A DNA stretch of 64,000 nucleotides from an uncultured delta proteobacterium (GTDB lineage: Bacteria > Desulfobacterota > Desulfomonilia > UBA1062): the NCBI GenBank assembly GCA_963752595.1, contig CAVVYZ010000009.1, positions 288,001 to 352,000 of the forward strand, read 5' to 3'. The position numbers were made by a program, and so were the translations under genes. Below, in pieces: positions 1-10,517 of this stretch. The notes under the pieces were generated by a model. It saw only the letters and a list, made by a program, of their open reading frames with translations, ran no database searches and had not been told where the DNA came from. Position 1 is the first letter of the stretch; each line of letters starts with the position of its first letter.

Positions 1-548
1 AGTCCACACAGACAGCCCTTGCGAACCGGCAGGAAATAAAGGTTACCGAGCTCCAGGTCGACAGCGCGAGCAAGGGGATATCCATTTCCCGTTCGGGATA
101 CCTGCCGACCGTGGCAGCGACGGCCGCCTATAACAGGGAAGGCGAGGACCCCGTGGATGATGATTCCTGGTCTCTCGGCGTGGGCCTGACCTGGAACATC
201 TTCCAGGGAGGCTTCACCTACTTCGACGTTTCACGGGCAACAGCGGACAGGAACAGGCTCACCTATCTCCTGCAGGCCCAGAAGAACCAGGTTGGTCTCG
301 AGGTGAAAAACTTCTATCTCTCGGCCCAGGAGGCAAAGGCCAGGACAGCGGTTGCAGAACAGGCAATCGGCCAGGCCAGGGAAAACTTACGGATCCAGAA
401 AGACCGGTACAGCCTCCAGGTAGCAACGACAACGAATGTCCTGGATGCGGAGTCCCTCCTCGCCCAGGCCAGGATGAACTACATCACCGCCCGCACGGAC
501 TATGTAAAATCGCTTGCCGCGCTGCGGGCAGCCATGGGGGATTTATAA
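1..548 (+). CDS. TolC-family outer membrane efflux protein, C-terminal part (5' truncated by window)
   Basis: Frame open from nt 3; 'GYLPTV', 'SLGVGLTWNIFQGG', 'YSLQVATTTNVLDAE' typical of OEP repeat. Confidence 0.85.
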   Translation, partial: STQTALANRQEIKVTELQVDSASKGISISRSGYLPTVAATAAYNREGEDPVDDDSWSLGVGLTWNIFQGGFTYFDVSRATADRNRLTYLLQAQKNQVGLEVKNFYLSAQEAKARTAVAEQAIGQARENLRIQKDRYSLQVATTTNVLDAESLLAQARMNYITARTDYVKSLAALRAAMGDL

Positions 549-809
549 CGTCAGGAGGCTGTCCCGTAACAGTGAGCTTGTAGAGTCTCATGACACGACC
601 CTGACAGCACATGGTTTTCCTGGCGGTGCAATGATCCCGCCGCATTCATGGAAATCATGGGGCGTCTTTGTTCGCCAACGATTATTTCGAGAACTTCCGG
701 CATCGCTGATCTTTTTGTATAAATCCAAATGGATACAAGGCAAACGACCATCCGTGTAAATGAATCCACATATTGAATTCGCTCTGTCGAGTGTGTTAAC
801 CAAAGGATC

Positions 810-2441
810 ATGAATACGAAACTAACGCTGAAAAACGACCTGGGGAAGATCCTTCAATCCACACCCGCTGAAAGGGCGCGGTCTATCATCGAGTCTCCCC
901 ATACACGAGAGATATTGGAGAAGCTTTCCCCTCAGGAAACATATCTCATCCTCAAGGAGGCCTGGGGCTCGGACACCCAGATCCTGATGCAGTACGTCAC
1001 GCCCGAAACCATCACCCGCTGCATCGACATGGACTGCTGGGACAAGGACAGCATCTCCCTGGAAGGACTGCTCGATTGGCTCTGGGAGATCTACAGCTCA
1101 TCGATCGATACCCTCCAGGAAGCGCTGCAGACGATCGATCTGGACCTCATCATCCTCCTGTACCAGTCGTACCTCGATGTCGTCCAGGTAGTTCCGACGG
1201 ACGAGGGCATAGATGATATCCTTGACCAGGGGTACGAAACCTTTGACGACATCTACTACTTTCTCTTCCGGGTAGAGGACGAAAAGGTCCAGCTCCTCAG
1301 GGATATGTTGAGCCTCCTTTTCGCCAACCACCAGAACACGTACTACTCCATCATGGAAGGAGTGATCTGGGAGCTGAGGTCATCCGTCGAGGAGACTGTG
1401 TACGAGCGCCGGAGCTTTAGGCTCATGGAGATGGGATTTCCGCCTCCGGACGAAGCCATGAGCATATACCAGCGCGCCCAGCCCAGGAAGCTCCTCAATG
1501 CGGGCATAAGCAAGGCCAAGGTACCCATAGTCGATGAAGAGCAGGAATTCCTTCCGGCGCTCTACATGGAGCATCTGTCGGAGAATACCGGCCTGATCGT
1601 AACGGCTTTACGCGAGGCCCCGGCAGAAACCCGTGAGCGGTTTATCTTCGAGATGATCTACCTCGCAAACAAGATCATCATGGCTGATTACCGGCCGCTT
1701 AATGAGACTGACGGCATGAAAGACAGCATCGGCAAGGCAAGCTCGCTGACATCGCTGGGCCTTGCCGTGGCAATGAAGGCGCAATCGCGCACCGCACGCG
1801 AAGTGCTGGAAGCCATGAATGCCGAGATACTGTTCTCTTTAGGTTATAATTCCGTCCAGGATCAGAAGATCAGGCTCAAGAAACTCCTGCAGCATACGCC
1901 CTTGGCCATGATACCGGAAAACCTGACCGGCTTTGTTGAAGGGCTGATGAAAAAGAGGCCGCTGTACAAAACCGAAGAGTTTTCCTCCATTGATCAGCTC
2001 GATGAAGTGACCAGAGATATCGACAGGATCGAGGCCATGGCTGTCCTCATGGGGAGTCTCGGGTGGTGGGAGAAAGCTCGTGATATTGCCCTGGATACCA
2101 ATACGGGACAGTCCCCGGATATGGAAGCGGTTATCCTCACCTCCCTTGCACTGAATTCCCTTGCAGGCGAGAGCTCTTTTGAGCCTCTTGACCGCCGGCA
2201 GCTCATCGATTTTGTCGGTAAGGCCACGGTTGTCGATTCTTCCGGCAGGCGCCTCCTCAATCATACGTTCAGGGATAATCTCATCCTTTTCCTGGGGTCA
2301 CTCGGTACGCAGTTGTCGGAAGATCTCATCAGAGATGCTGCTGATATCCTGATGAAGCGGTTTGAAGAAGAGCTTTCAGGGATTACCGATCTCAAAGAGA
2401 TCGACCCCAGGTTCATCGCCTGTTTTGTGGTGAAAACCTAG
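810..2441 (+). CDS. DUF6178-family hypothetical protein (acidic, 543 aa)
   Basis: Long ORF; 'DMDCWDKD...DWL', 'RLMEMGFPPPDEAMSIY', 'YLANKII.AD' recalled from this deltaproteobacterial family. Confidence 0.65.
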   Translation: MNTKLTLKNDLGKILQSTPAERARSIIESPHTREILEKLSPQETYLILKEAWGSDTQILMQYVTPETITRCIDMDCWDKDSISLEGLLDWLWEIYSSSIDTLQEALQTIDLDLIILLYQSYLDVVQVVPTDEGIDDILDQGYETFDDIYYFLFRVEDEKVQLLRDMLSLLFANHQNTYYSIMEGVIWELRSSVEETVYERRSFRLMEMGFPPPDEAMSIYQRAQPRKLLNAGISKAKVPIVDEEQEFLPALYMEHLSENTGLIVTALREAPAETRERFIFEMIYLANKIIMADYRPLNETDGMKDSIGKASSLTSLGLAVAMKAQSRTAREVLEAMNAEILFSLGYNSVQDQKIRLKKLLQHTPLAMIPENLTGFVEGLMKKRPLYKTEEFSSIDQLDEVTRDIDRIEAMAVLMGSLGWWEKARDIALDTNTGQSPDMEAVILTSLALNSLAGESSFEPLDRRQLIDFVGKATVVDSSGRRLLNHTFRDNLILFLGSLGTQLSEDLIRDAADILMKRFEEELSGITDLKEIDPRFIACFVVKT

Positions 2442-2452
2442 CTCAAAGAAGA

Positions 2453-2758
2453 TTGATGAGCCTTGGATTCCTTGTCCCCAACAGGCGAGAGAATACTTTC
2501 TCGACTGTTGGTGGGAAGGGGCACATCGATCCCCATGGTTTTCGGGCGCCGAGGATCGTGCACGTCTCGAAGGATATGGAGGTCCTGGCAATCGAAGAAG
2601 GTGATGTCGTTGCAGCCGCACAAGGCAAAGCCCTGCTCACAACGTTCCATCCCGAGCTCGCTCCCCATGAAACGCTCTTTCTCGATCTTTTTCTCGGTCT
2701 CGTGGCAGATAGGGTTACTGTCTCGATAATGACCGGCTCGAAACCGGTGGGCCGTTAA
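2453..2758 (+). pseudogene. pdxT: C-terminal fragment of PdxT/SNO glutaminase
   Basis: 'FRAPRI...EVLA...VAAAQG..L.TTFHPEL' matches PdxT C-half; N-terminal catalytic Cys region absent. Confidence 0.6.
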
Positions 2759-2939
2759 TCCGGACCGGGAACTCAGCCGCAAACAATAGCGAAACTGATA
2801 TGATTTCAATTTATTGCAAGTATTGTTTTTCCACGGTCGGGCATTATTATTCCTTTGTAGCTTACACCTTACGAAACAGGCTGCAAGGGGTCAGGCAGGC
2901 AGAGGCCCATGAGCGGCAAAGCACCATGGAGAGAGACAT

Positions 2940-3245
2940 ATGCCGAACAGGAGATCCGATATCCGGGTCAGGGTTACCGGAAAGATGGATGCCGTCATTA
3001 CCTACTCAGATACCTTATCCCACGCGAGCAGCGGGACAATATCGGACATGAGCAGAAAAGGAATCTTCCTGAAAACGGATTCGCATTTCAGCAAGGATGC
3101 CTATATTTCCATGAAGCTCGGTACGGACGACATCATAGGGAAATCCCTGTGGGCGCAAGGATTCGTTGTCAGAGTAGGGAAGGACGGCGTGGGCATCAGG
3201 CTCACCTATATCGAGCAGGATATCGATAAGGTCCTTTCCCACTGA
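2940..3245 (+). CDS. PilZ domain c-di-GMP-binding protein
   Basis: RxxxR (RRSDIR) and DxSxxG (DMSRKG) motifs; 'VVR...GVGIRL'. Confidence 0.85.
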   Translation: MPNRRSDIRVRVTGKMDAVITYSDTLSHASSGTISDMSRKGIFLKTDSHFSKDAYISMKLGTDDIIGKSLWAQGFVVRVGKDGVGIRLTYIEQDIDKVLSH

Positions 3246-3275
3246 TCCTTATAATTTAAAGAGTCCCCAAGCCTC

Positions 3276-3605
3276 TTACCGGTTTTTGTCAGGGGACCTT
3301 CTCTCAGGCACGTAGGCATGGGATATCTTATCCTCATTCCACTCCCGGGAGACGTAGAGGGCACAGTAGCAACTCCCATACTCAGCCACGTCCGGGGTGC
3401 GGTAAACGCAGGGACAAATTATATCTTTGTCGTGCTCCTTATCCCCTGAGGCGAGCCTGCACGGACAGGACATGTAGCCATAGCGTTCTTTGTTCAGCAG
3501 CAGAGAGCGGAGCAGCTCGAACACGAGGTCCTTGTCCTTGTTGAAAAAATACCCTTTCGGCTCCTGGACCTTCTTGAGCAGCTCGTAGAGGTTGTTTGCA
3601 TCCAT
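3276..3605 (-). CDS. Ferredoxin-thioredoxin reductase catalytic (beta) subunit-like protein
   Basis: CPC...CPC...CYC motifs. Confidence 0.9.
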   Translation of the reverse strand: MDANNLYELLKKVQEPKGYFFNKDKDLVFELLRSLLLNKERYGYMSCPCRLASGDKEHDKDIICPCVYRTPDVAEYGSCYCALYVSREWNEDKISHAYVPERRSPDKNR

Positions 3606-3856
3606 TACAGGCCAAGGACCTCCCTGAGTTCTTCCTCCCGGAATCCGATGATCACCCGGTCGCCTATGAGGATCGTGGGAAAACTCAAACCCGGGTTATA
3701 TTCCCTCACTTCGTCGAGGACTTCCTGCCGGTAGTCTCCTTTGAGCATATCAACATCCACGTAATCGTATTCGACTTCATAGGTGTTTAAGAACTTTTTG
3801 GCAGCATTGCAGTGACTGCACGTACTCAACGTGTATATCATGATCTTTGCTCCCAT
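3605..3856 (-). CDS. Glutaredoxin/NrdH-like redoxin
   Basis: 'YTLSTCSHC', 'SFPTILIG..IIGF'; AAGGAGG RBS before ATG 3856; stop overlaps FTR start. Confidence 0.9.
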   Translation of the reverse strand: MGAKIMIYTLSTCSHCNAAKKFLNTYEVEYDYVDVDMLKGDYRQEVLDEVREYNPGLSFPTILIGDRVIIGFREEELREVLGL

Positions 3857-3962
3857 ATCCCCTCCTTGACATACAATAATGTCACCGGTTGGATTAATCA
3901 ACGGTTTATTTGCCCCCACAGAGAGACCCATGTTTTTTGCCTGACAAATGCTCCCGGAAAAC

Positions 3963-3992
3963 AAAAAGCCGGGGAACTTGCATCCCCCGGCT
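3963..3992 (-). terminator. Intrinsic terminator of fdh operon
   Basis: Minus strand AGCCGGGGGATGCAAGTTCCCCGGCT followed by T-run. Confidence 0.75.
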
Positions 3993-4040
3993 CAATCACG
4001 TACTATTGAAAATATTCTTTATAGGCTCTTACGAAACCCT

Positions 4041-4679
4041 TTAAGCTTCTTCGCTACCTTTTCCCTCTTTCTCTGCAAGCCACTTTCCCTTATGGAACTC
4101 GCAGTATTCGCGGGTCGCCCAGCCATGGAACATGATCTGAACCGTGCCGGGGTTACCGAACGTTCCCAGATAAAGGTGGATTACGAAGAATGCACCGATC
4201 ACCACTACTGCCATTGCATGGAGCATGTATGCAAACCGGGAAATCACGACCGGGAACACTGTCGGATCGAACATGACGATCCCGGTGGCAATAATCACGA
4301 TCCCGAAGATGAACACGGTCCAGAAGAACATCTTCTGGCCGGCGTTATACATACCTCCCGGAGGCAGATCATGGGCTTCCCAGAGATATCCGCCCGCCTT
4401 CTGCACCCACTTGAGGTCATCGGGTACGAACTTGACGTGCCCCCACCAGTAGATGCTCGCTGCAACAAGCGAGAACGCAAACACGATGCCTGAGAAGATG
4501 TGCATCCACTTCATGGCATAGTGGCCGCCCAGCAGGGCAGGTATGAAGGTAAAGCTGTGGAACATGAGGCCTAAGCCCGTAAACAGGGCAAAGAGGCAGC
4601 TACCGGCGAGGAGCCAGTGGACGATCCTCTCATCCGTTGTGGTAACGTAAACCATTCCTTCTCTCATATTACTGCCCAT
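4041..4679 (-). CDS. fdnI: Formate dehydrogenase gamma subunit (cytochrome b556)
   Basis: 'ERIVHW', four heme His, 'YNAGQK', four TM helices; start may be 4667. Confidence 0.9.
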   Translation of the reverse strand: MGSNMREGMVYVTTTDERIVHWLLAGSCLFALFTGLGLMFHSFTFIPALLGGHYAMKWMHIFSGIVFAFSLVAASIYWWGHVKFVPDDLKWVQKAGGYLWEAHDLPPGGMYNAGQKMFFWTVFIFGIVIIATGIVMFDPTVFPVVISRFAYMLHAMAVVVIGAFFVIHLYLGTFGNPGTVQIMFHGWATREYCEFHKGKWLAEKEGKGSEEA

Positions 4680-5472
4680 CTCCCTCACCCCCTTCTTTCT
4701 TCTTGTCAACCAGATGCGGGCCTTTGATCATGTAGTGAAGCGCGGCGAAACCTGCCACGGCGCCCATACCGATCAGGGTAAAGGGCTTGAAGAGGTTCTT
4801 CCACCACAGAATCGTGGTGGGCATGCCCGGTTTCGGATTCATGTTCTGGATATCGGTGAGTTTGACGCCGGCCGGAATGATGTACTGCACGTGAGTCTCA
4901 TACTTGCGATTATCGGGATACAAGGCTCCTTTGGATGCCTCGGCCTTTTTATGGGCCCTTGCAATCATCGCTTCCTTATAGCCGAAATCAAGGCAGCCGG
5001 TGGGACATGCGGTCACGCAGGCAGGTTTCTTGCCGTTGGTGATCCTGCTATAGCACAGCGAGCATTTCGCCATTTTTTCTTCTGCTTCCGAACTCCTCGG
5101 GATATTGAATGGGCAGGCCGATGTGCAGGCCTTGCAGCCGATGCAGTACTTGGGATCGTGCACCACTGCGCCTTCCTCGGTCTTCACCAGAGCCCCGGGC
5201 GACGGGCAGGCCTTTGCGCAGGCCGGCGTTTCACAATGCAGGCATGCATCGTGGCGCATGACCCACTTCAGTTTCCCGTCTTCGCTTTCTACCTCGTCGA
5301 ACCTTATGAGGGTCCAGGTACTGTACGAAAGATCCGGGGGGTTCTGCAGGGAGCGGGAGCCGACAAAGCTCGTCTTCTCTGCAGGCAGCTCGTTCCAGTT
5401 CTTGCATGCAACCTGGCAGCCTCTGCATCCGGTGCACTTGGCTACGTCGATAAGTTTGATATATTCAGGCAT
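4669..5472 (-). CDS. fdnH: Formate dehydrogenase beta (4Fe-4S) subunit with C-terminal TM anchor
   Basis: CTGCRGCQVAC, CLHC..PAC..ACP, CIGCKAC, KCSLC..RI..G..PAC. Confidence 0.92.
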   Translation of the reverse strand: MPEYIKLIDVAKCTGCRGCQVACKNWNELPAEKTSFVGSRSLQNPPDLSYSTWTLIRFDEVESEDGKLKWVMRHDACLHCETPACAKACPSPGALVKTEEGAVVHDPKYCIGCKACTSACPFNIPRSSEAEEKMAKCSLCYSRITNGKKPACVTACPTGCLDFGYKEAMIARAHKKAEASKGALYPDNRKYETHVQYIIPAGVKLTDIQNMNPKPGMPTTILWWKNLFKPFTLIGMGAVAGFAALHYMIKGPHLVDKKKEGGEGDGQ

Positions 5473-5475
5473 GAC

Positions 5476-8400
5476 TTACCTCCTCACCCTTTCGATATTA
5501 ACGAGGAAGGCCTTATACTCCGGTATCATGGTGTTCGAGTCTCCGATGAACGGAGTGAGGTCATTGGCGTTGCCGCCGGTTACCAGACCTTTGTACCCGA
5601 AGTGCCATGTCATACCTACCTGATGGACCGTCTTGCCGTTGATATTAAAAGGTTTGAACCTCTTTGTTACATATGCATATGCAGTGACACCTTCACGATT
5701 CCTGATGGAGGTGATGCGCAGCAGGTCGCCGGACATGATGCCCTTCTCACGAGCGAGCTCCTCGCTCAACTCTACGAACTGATCAGGCACGAGCTCTGTG
5801 AGCCAGGGTATCCACCGTGTCATCTGACCGGTCTGCCAGTGCTCTACAACCCGGTAGGTCGAACAGACGATAGGGAATTCCTTGGCAAACTCACTACCGT
5901 AAGTTACCGCAGCACAACCTTCCACGAGCATCGGGTCACAGACCTCTTCTTTCACCTTCTTGTCCCACCGTGCGAGGGCAGGATTTACCTGAGCAGCGCT
6001 GAAAGTATTCTTCATCTGGGATTCGAGCGGTTCGTAATGCTCGGGGAACGGCCCGTCGGTCATGCCCGCGGCGAACAGCATACCGCGTCCGTGGGGAACC
6101 ATGATGAACGGGAGCTTCGTACCGGGGTCTCCGCCGCCGTCCGGGATATCGCCGAGCCAGACCTTCTTCAGAGCGCTCCACCAGATGACCGGTTTGTCCG
6201 TTGCGAACGGTTTGCCCTCGGCATCGACGCTTGCACGGTTGTAGATGACTCTGCGGTTCAACGGCCAGCACCAGGCCCAGTTGTGGTAGAAGCCCAAACC
6301 GGTCGGATCGCCTGCATCGCGCTTCATCATCTTGTTCTCTTTGTCATCCACGGAGTTGCAGTACAGCCAGTTTCCGGAACAGGTCGATCCGTCGTCCTGG
6401 AGCAAGGGGAAGCCGGGCACCATGTCGCCTGCCTTGAACTTCTTGATCTCGCCCTTGGCCTTGTCTTCGATGTCCTTGTCCGTTACGAAGTAGCCGTTGA
6501 TCTCCTTGGCCACTTCACGCGGGGACGGCTTGTGGACTTTGCCGTCGAGACCGACCGCACCGTAGTTCCAGGTGAGGTTCAGGATCGGATCCGGGAATGC
6601 GCCGCCCTCTTTCTTGTAGAGGCCTTTCATCTGGTAGACGAGCTCGTTCATGATCCAGAGGTCATCCTCGGCATGTCCGGGCGCATCTACTGCCTTGTAG
6701 CGCCACTGGGCCCACCGGCCGGAGTTGGATACCGAACCTTCCTTCTCCATGGATGCTGCTGCGGGAAGCAGAAACACCTCGGTATTGATGGTCGAAGGAT
6801 CGACGCCTGCATCTTTCTGCCAGAATGACGAGGTCTCGGTCTCCCAGAGGTCTATCGCAACCATCCAGTCGAGCTTCGCAAGGGCCCTGCGGACCATGCG
6901 GGCGCTTGGAGCACCCACTGCCGGGTTCATGCCCCATATGAACATACCCTTGACCTTGCCCTTGGCCATTTCGCTCCAGATGGGCAGGTAGGAGTAATTC
7001 TTGCCGTCGTCGATCTTCGGCATATAGCTGTACGCCGTTTCGAGGTCGGCATCCCTCCACCAGGCCTTGAGCAGGCTGGCCATGTACTTCGGGGTGTTGC
7101 CCCACCAGTTGATGCTCATCGGGTCTTTGGACTTCGGGGTAGTGTCTTCGTTGTACTTGACCAGCGTGGGCTGGTTGGCCTTGGGGTGCTTGAGATAGCC
7201 GGGCAGGATGTGGAAGAGCGCTGCATGGTCGGTGGAACCCTGCACGTTGCTCTCGCCGCGGAGCGCGTTGATGCCTCCGCCTGCCACACCGATATTGCCC
7301 AGGAGCATCTGCATGACGGAGAATGCCCGCACGTTCTGAGAACCGTAGGTATGCTGGGTGGTTCCCATGGCATACATGACCGTGCCTGACTTCTCGGGAA
7401 GATACGTAGCAGTGAACGTGTCACACACTGTCTCAAAGTCTTTCGGATCGGTACCGGTCAGACCGCATACCCTCTTCACGGTGTACCGCGCATAGTGCTT
7501 CTTGAGGAGCTGGAATACGCAGTTGGGGTCCTGCATGGTAATGTCACGTTTGGGAACGCCGTTTTCATCGACCTGGTAGCTCCAGGTTGCCTTGTCGTAT
7601 TTGGAGCCGTTGAGTCCTGAGTATACGCCGTCGAGGTCTACGGGGCCTCTGAAGTCCGGGTTCACCAGATAGGTCGCATCGGTGTATTCCCGCACATAGT
7701 CCCAGTTGATCCTGTTCTTCTCGATGGCATAGTTGATCATGCCGCCCATGAAGGCTATGTCGGTGCCCGAACGAAGGCGGGCATAGATGTCGGAGACGGC
7801 AGAGGTTCTGGTGAAGCGGGGATCAACATGAATGAGTTTTGCCCCTCTCTTTGCCCTTGCTTCATTCACCCATTTGAAGGAAATGGGGTGGTTCTCAGCC
7901 GCGTTTGAACCCATAATGAGGATGACATCCGCATGCTGGATATCGTTCCAGTGGTTCGTCATTGCACCGCGTCCAAATGATGCCGCCAGACCGGCGACGG
8001 TGGAGCTGTGTCAGATCCGGGCCTGGTGCTCTACATATACCAGGCCGAGGGCGCGGTTGAATTTCGTAAGACAGTAAACTTCTTCATTGTCGAGGGCGGC
8101 ACCGCCGATGGCGGCAACGCTCTCAAGCCTGTTGACCAGCTCACCGTTGGCATTCGTCGTAAGAAATGATTTGTCCCGCTCTTTTTTGAGATTATGAGCG
8201 ATCTTCTCAAGCGCCCATTCCCACTCCACTTCCTGCCAGGAATCGGACCCGGGGGCCCTGTACCGGACCTTGCTCAGACGCTTGTCGTTGTTTGCGATCT
8301 GGAACAAGGAACTTCCCTTGGAGCAGAGCGCACCCTTGTTGATGGGATGATCAGGATCTCCCTCGGTGTTGATTACCTTGCCGTTGCTTACATGGGCGAT

Positions 8401-8568
8401 GATACCGCATCCCACTCCGCAATACGGGCAAATAGTGGTGACCTCCTTTGCGTACCGGATCCGATAGGGCTGGGCATATGCAGTCTTAATGCCTACGCTC
8501 GCCCCGACACCCGCCGCAGCCAGGGTCCCGCCCGCAAGCTTCAGGAATCCCCGCCTAGTTACGTTCAT
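5476..8568 (-). CDS. fdnG: Selenocysteine-containing Mo/W formate dehydrogenase alpha subunit (Tat-exported), 1030 aa
   Basis: TRRGFLK Tat motif, CPYCGVGC; in-frame TGA at 8013-8011 gives QARI-U-HSSTVAGLAASFGRGAMTNHW joining the two ORF-track pieces. Confidence 0.95.
7982..8013 (-). promoter_or_regulatory. Bacterial SECIS element
   Basis: UGA-CACAGCUCCACC-GUCGCC-GGUCU-GGCGGC hairpin; apical GGUCUG resembles E. coli fdhF SECIS. Confidence 0.8.
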
Positions 8569-8974
8569 AGAGCCCCCTTGTAGCGAATATATTTTTAGAT
8601 CACGATAATATTATCCGATTCAAAAAAGAAGCACAACAAAAAACTGAATCAGTATTCATTTTATTTATGTGTTATAATTGGCATAATATTACGGAATACA
8701 GTCTCTTTGCACTTATTATGCTTTGTATTGAATATCTATGATATTTATTCATCCTTCCTCACATTGCCTGCCTATATCTCATTCTTGCGTCGTAATAAAT
8801 TTCACTTCATTCTTACTACCAGCTCAACGAAGATTCTTCATGACGGAAGCTGGGATGACGAGTCACATCGCCAAGCTCGATCCTGCTTTTTGTTACGCTG
8901 CTTTCCGAATAAGAGTTGACAAGCTTATGTCTTTATCTAAATATAAAATATCAGAATGATAACGGAGGTATGGA

Positions 8975-9178
8975 ATGGAACATAATGTCGGCACGATTGA
9001 CAGGCTCAGCAGGGTTGTCGTTGCACTGGCGCTCGTCTTTACCCTGTTGAAAAGCGGCAAGATCAGCCCTCTTTCCGCTCTCATGCTCATACTGAGCGGT
9101 GCGCTTCTCGCAAGCGCCGCATCAGGCTATTGCGCTCTCTACACCCACCTGGGCGTCAGCACGAGCAACGAAGCATAA
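8975..9178 (+). CDS. DUF2892 (YgaP-like) small membrane protein
   Basis: 'NVGTIDR..R', 'GYCALY..LG.ST'; GGAGG RBS. Confidence 0.85.
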   Translation: MEHNVGTIDRLSRVVVALALVFTLLKSGKISPLSALMLILSGALLASAASGYCALYTHLGVSTSNEA

Positions 9179-9353
9179 ACCATTCGCAGGGCATCTTTAA
9201 GAAACATCTCCCGCTCTCCGCTTTGAGACACAGAAACCTCTGCTATGGCAGGGTTTTATTATATTTATTTTATTTTACTTATGCGTCCTTAAGGGACATA
9301 CTGAAGTGGCCGAAAACATATTGAAGTCAAAATATTATAGGGGGAGTATCTTT

Positions 9354-10367
9354 ATGAAAAATTTGCTTTTAGCCGTCATTGGTGTTCTCTTATTCAGCAT
9401 ACCGGTGTTTGCAAAGGATTCCTACCGCATCGAGGTTCTCCAGGTATCAAAGATCAACCCCTTCGACTGGGCATATGAGGGCTTTGTCGAAGAACTTGCA
9501 AGAAATGGGATCGTCAAGGGAAAGAACCTCGTCATCAACCGGCACATCATCGATGCAGATGCAGACGCGGGCTTGTGGAAAAAGGTCGGCATCCTGATGA
9601 AGATCAAAAGCACTGCATCCGAGATCATTGCATCCAAACCCGACCTCGTGCTTACCATCAGCACCCCTGCCACCAAATACAGTAAAGACAAGTTTATCAG
9701 CGCAGGCATCCCTGTGGTGTTTACCGGTGTGGCAGTACCCCAGGCAATCGGATGTGCCTCTGTAAGCAAGTCAGGTCCAGGTTTTACCGGTGCATCACTG
9801 TATCTTGACCCAACAAGCGCGTTTAAGATAACCAAGCTTGCCCTGCCAGGCGTCACCAAGATAGGAATAGTCCACAGTGACGATGACAATGCCGTTGCCT
9901 TTGTTCAGGAAGCCAAGGCAAAGGCAGCAAGCCTGGGTATCACCGTTCTTACCAGGCAGGTAGGAAAATCCGACAGCCCCAAAGCTGCAACGAACGCACT
10001 CATCGCTGAGGGTGTCCAGGCCTTCGGCATACCCATCGATGCCTACTATGCCTTGAGGAATTATGAGCCGACCAATGAGATGCTCGAAGTTATCGGAGCA
10101 AAGAAAATACCCGCAGTGTGCTACTGCCATGTGGGATTTTCCGGCGCAGTCCTCTATGTGGGCTCCGAATTCAAGAAAATCGGCATCTTTTCCGGGCAAC
10201 AGGCCGTCAAGATCCTGAAAGAAGGCGCAAAACCTGAGACACTCCCGGTCCGGATCCAGGAGGATCTCACAATACTCGTGGACCTCAAAACATCGAAAAA
10301 GATGGGGATAGAACTGCCCTTGGGCATTCTGCAGATTGCAAAGACCGTCGAATCGGTGAAAAAATAG
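9354..10367 (+). CDS. ABC transporter substrate-binding protein (ABC_sub_bind/TrpX-like), orphan
   Basis: Signal peptide MKNLLLAV...VFA; 'PDLVLTISTPAT', 'IPVVFTGV', 'GAKPETLPV', 'GIELP'. Confidence 0.8.
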   Translation: MKNLLLAVIGVLLFSIPVFAKDSYRIEVLQVSKINPFDWAYEGFVEELARNGIVKGKNLVINRHIIDADADAGLWKKVGILMKIKSTASEIIASKPDLVLTISTPATKYSKDKFISAGIPVVFTGVAVPQAIGCASVSKSGPGFTGASLYLDPTSAFKITKLALPGVTKIGIVHSDDDNAVAFVQEAKAKAASLGITVLTRQVGKSDSPKAATNALIAEGVQAFGIPIDAYYALRNYEPTNEMLEVIGAKKIPAVCYCHVGFSGAVLYVGSEFKKIGIFSGQQAVKILKEGAKPETLPVRIQEDLTILVDLKTSKKMGIELPLGILQIAKTVESVKK

Positions 10368-10456
10368 GAAAGCCTTGCATTAGCAGGTGCACAGCGGGAC
10401 ACAGCTTTGTTGAGGATGGGTAAAATCCAACCCGGAGTTAAAGGCATATAAAGAAC

Positions 10457-10500
10457 AAAGCCTGGGACAGACACACCATTTGTCCCAGGCTTTCTTTATT
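10457..10500. terminator. Probable bidirectional terminator between convergent genes
   Basis: AAAGCCTGGGACA...TGTCCCAGGCTTT hairpin. Confidence 0.75.
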
Positions 10501-10517
10501 CTCTGCCTGATCCTTCC

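Noticed and set aside
551-811. Short ORFs between tolC and DUF6178
   Set aside because: No RBS or recognisable similarity
2760-2940. c-di-GMP riboswitch upstream of the PilZ gene
   Set aside because: GEMM consensus elements not found by eye
4714-6828. 704-aa plus-strand ORF
   Set aside because: Antisense shadow of fdnGH, no motifs; common in GC-rich DNA
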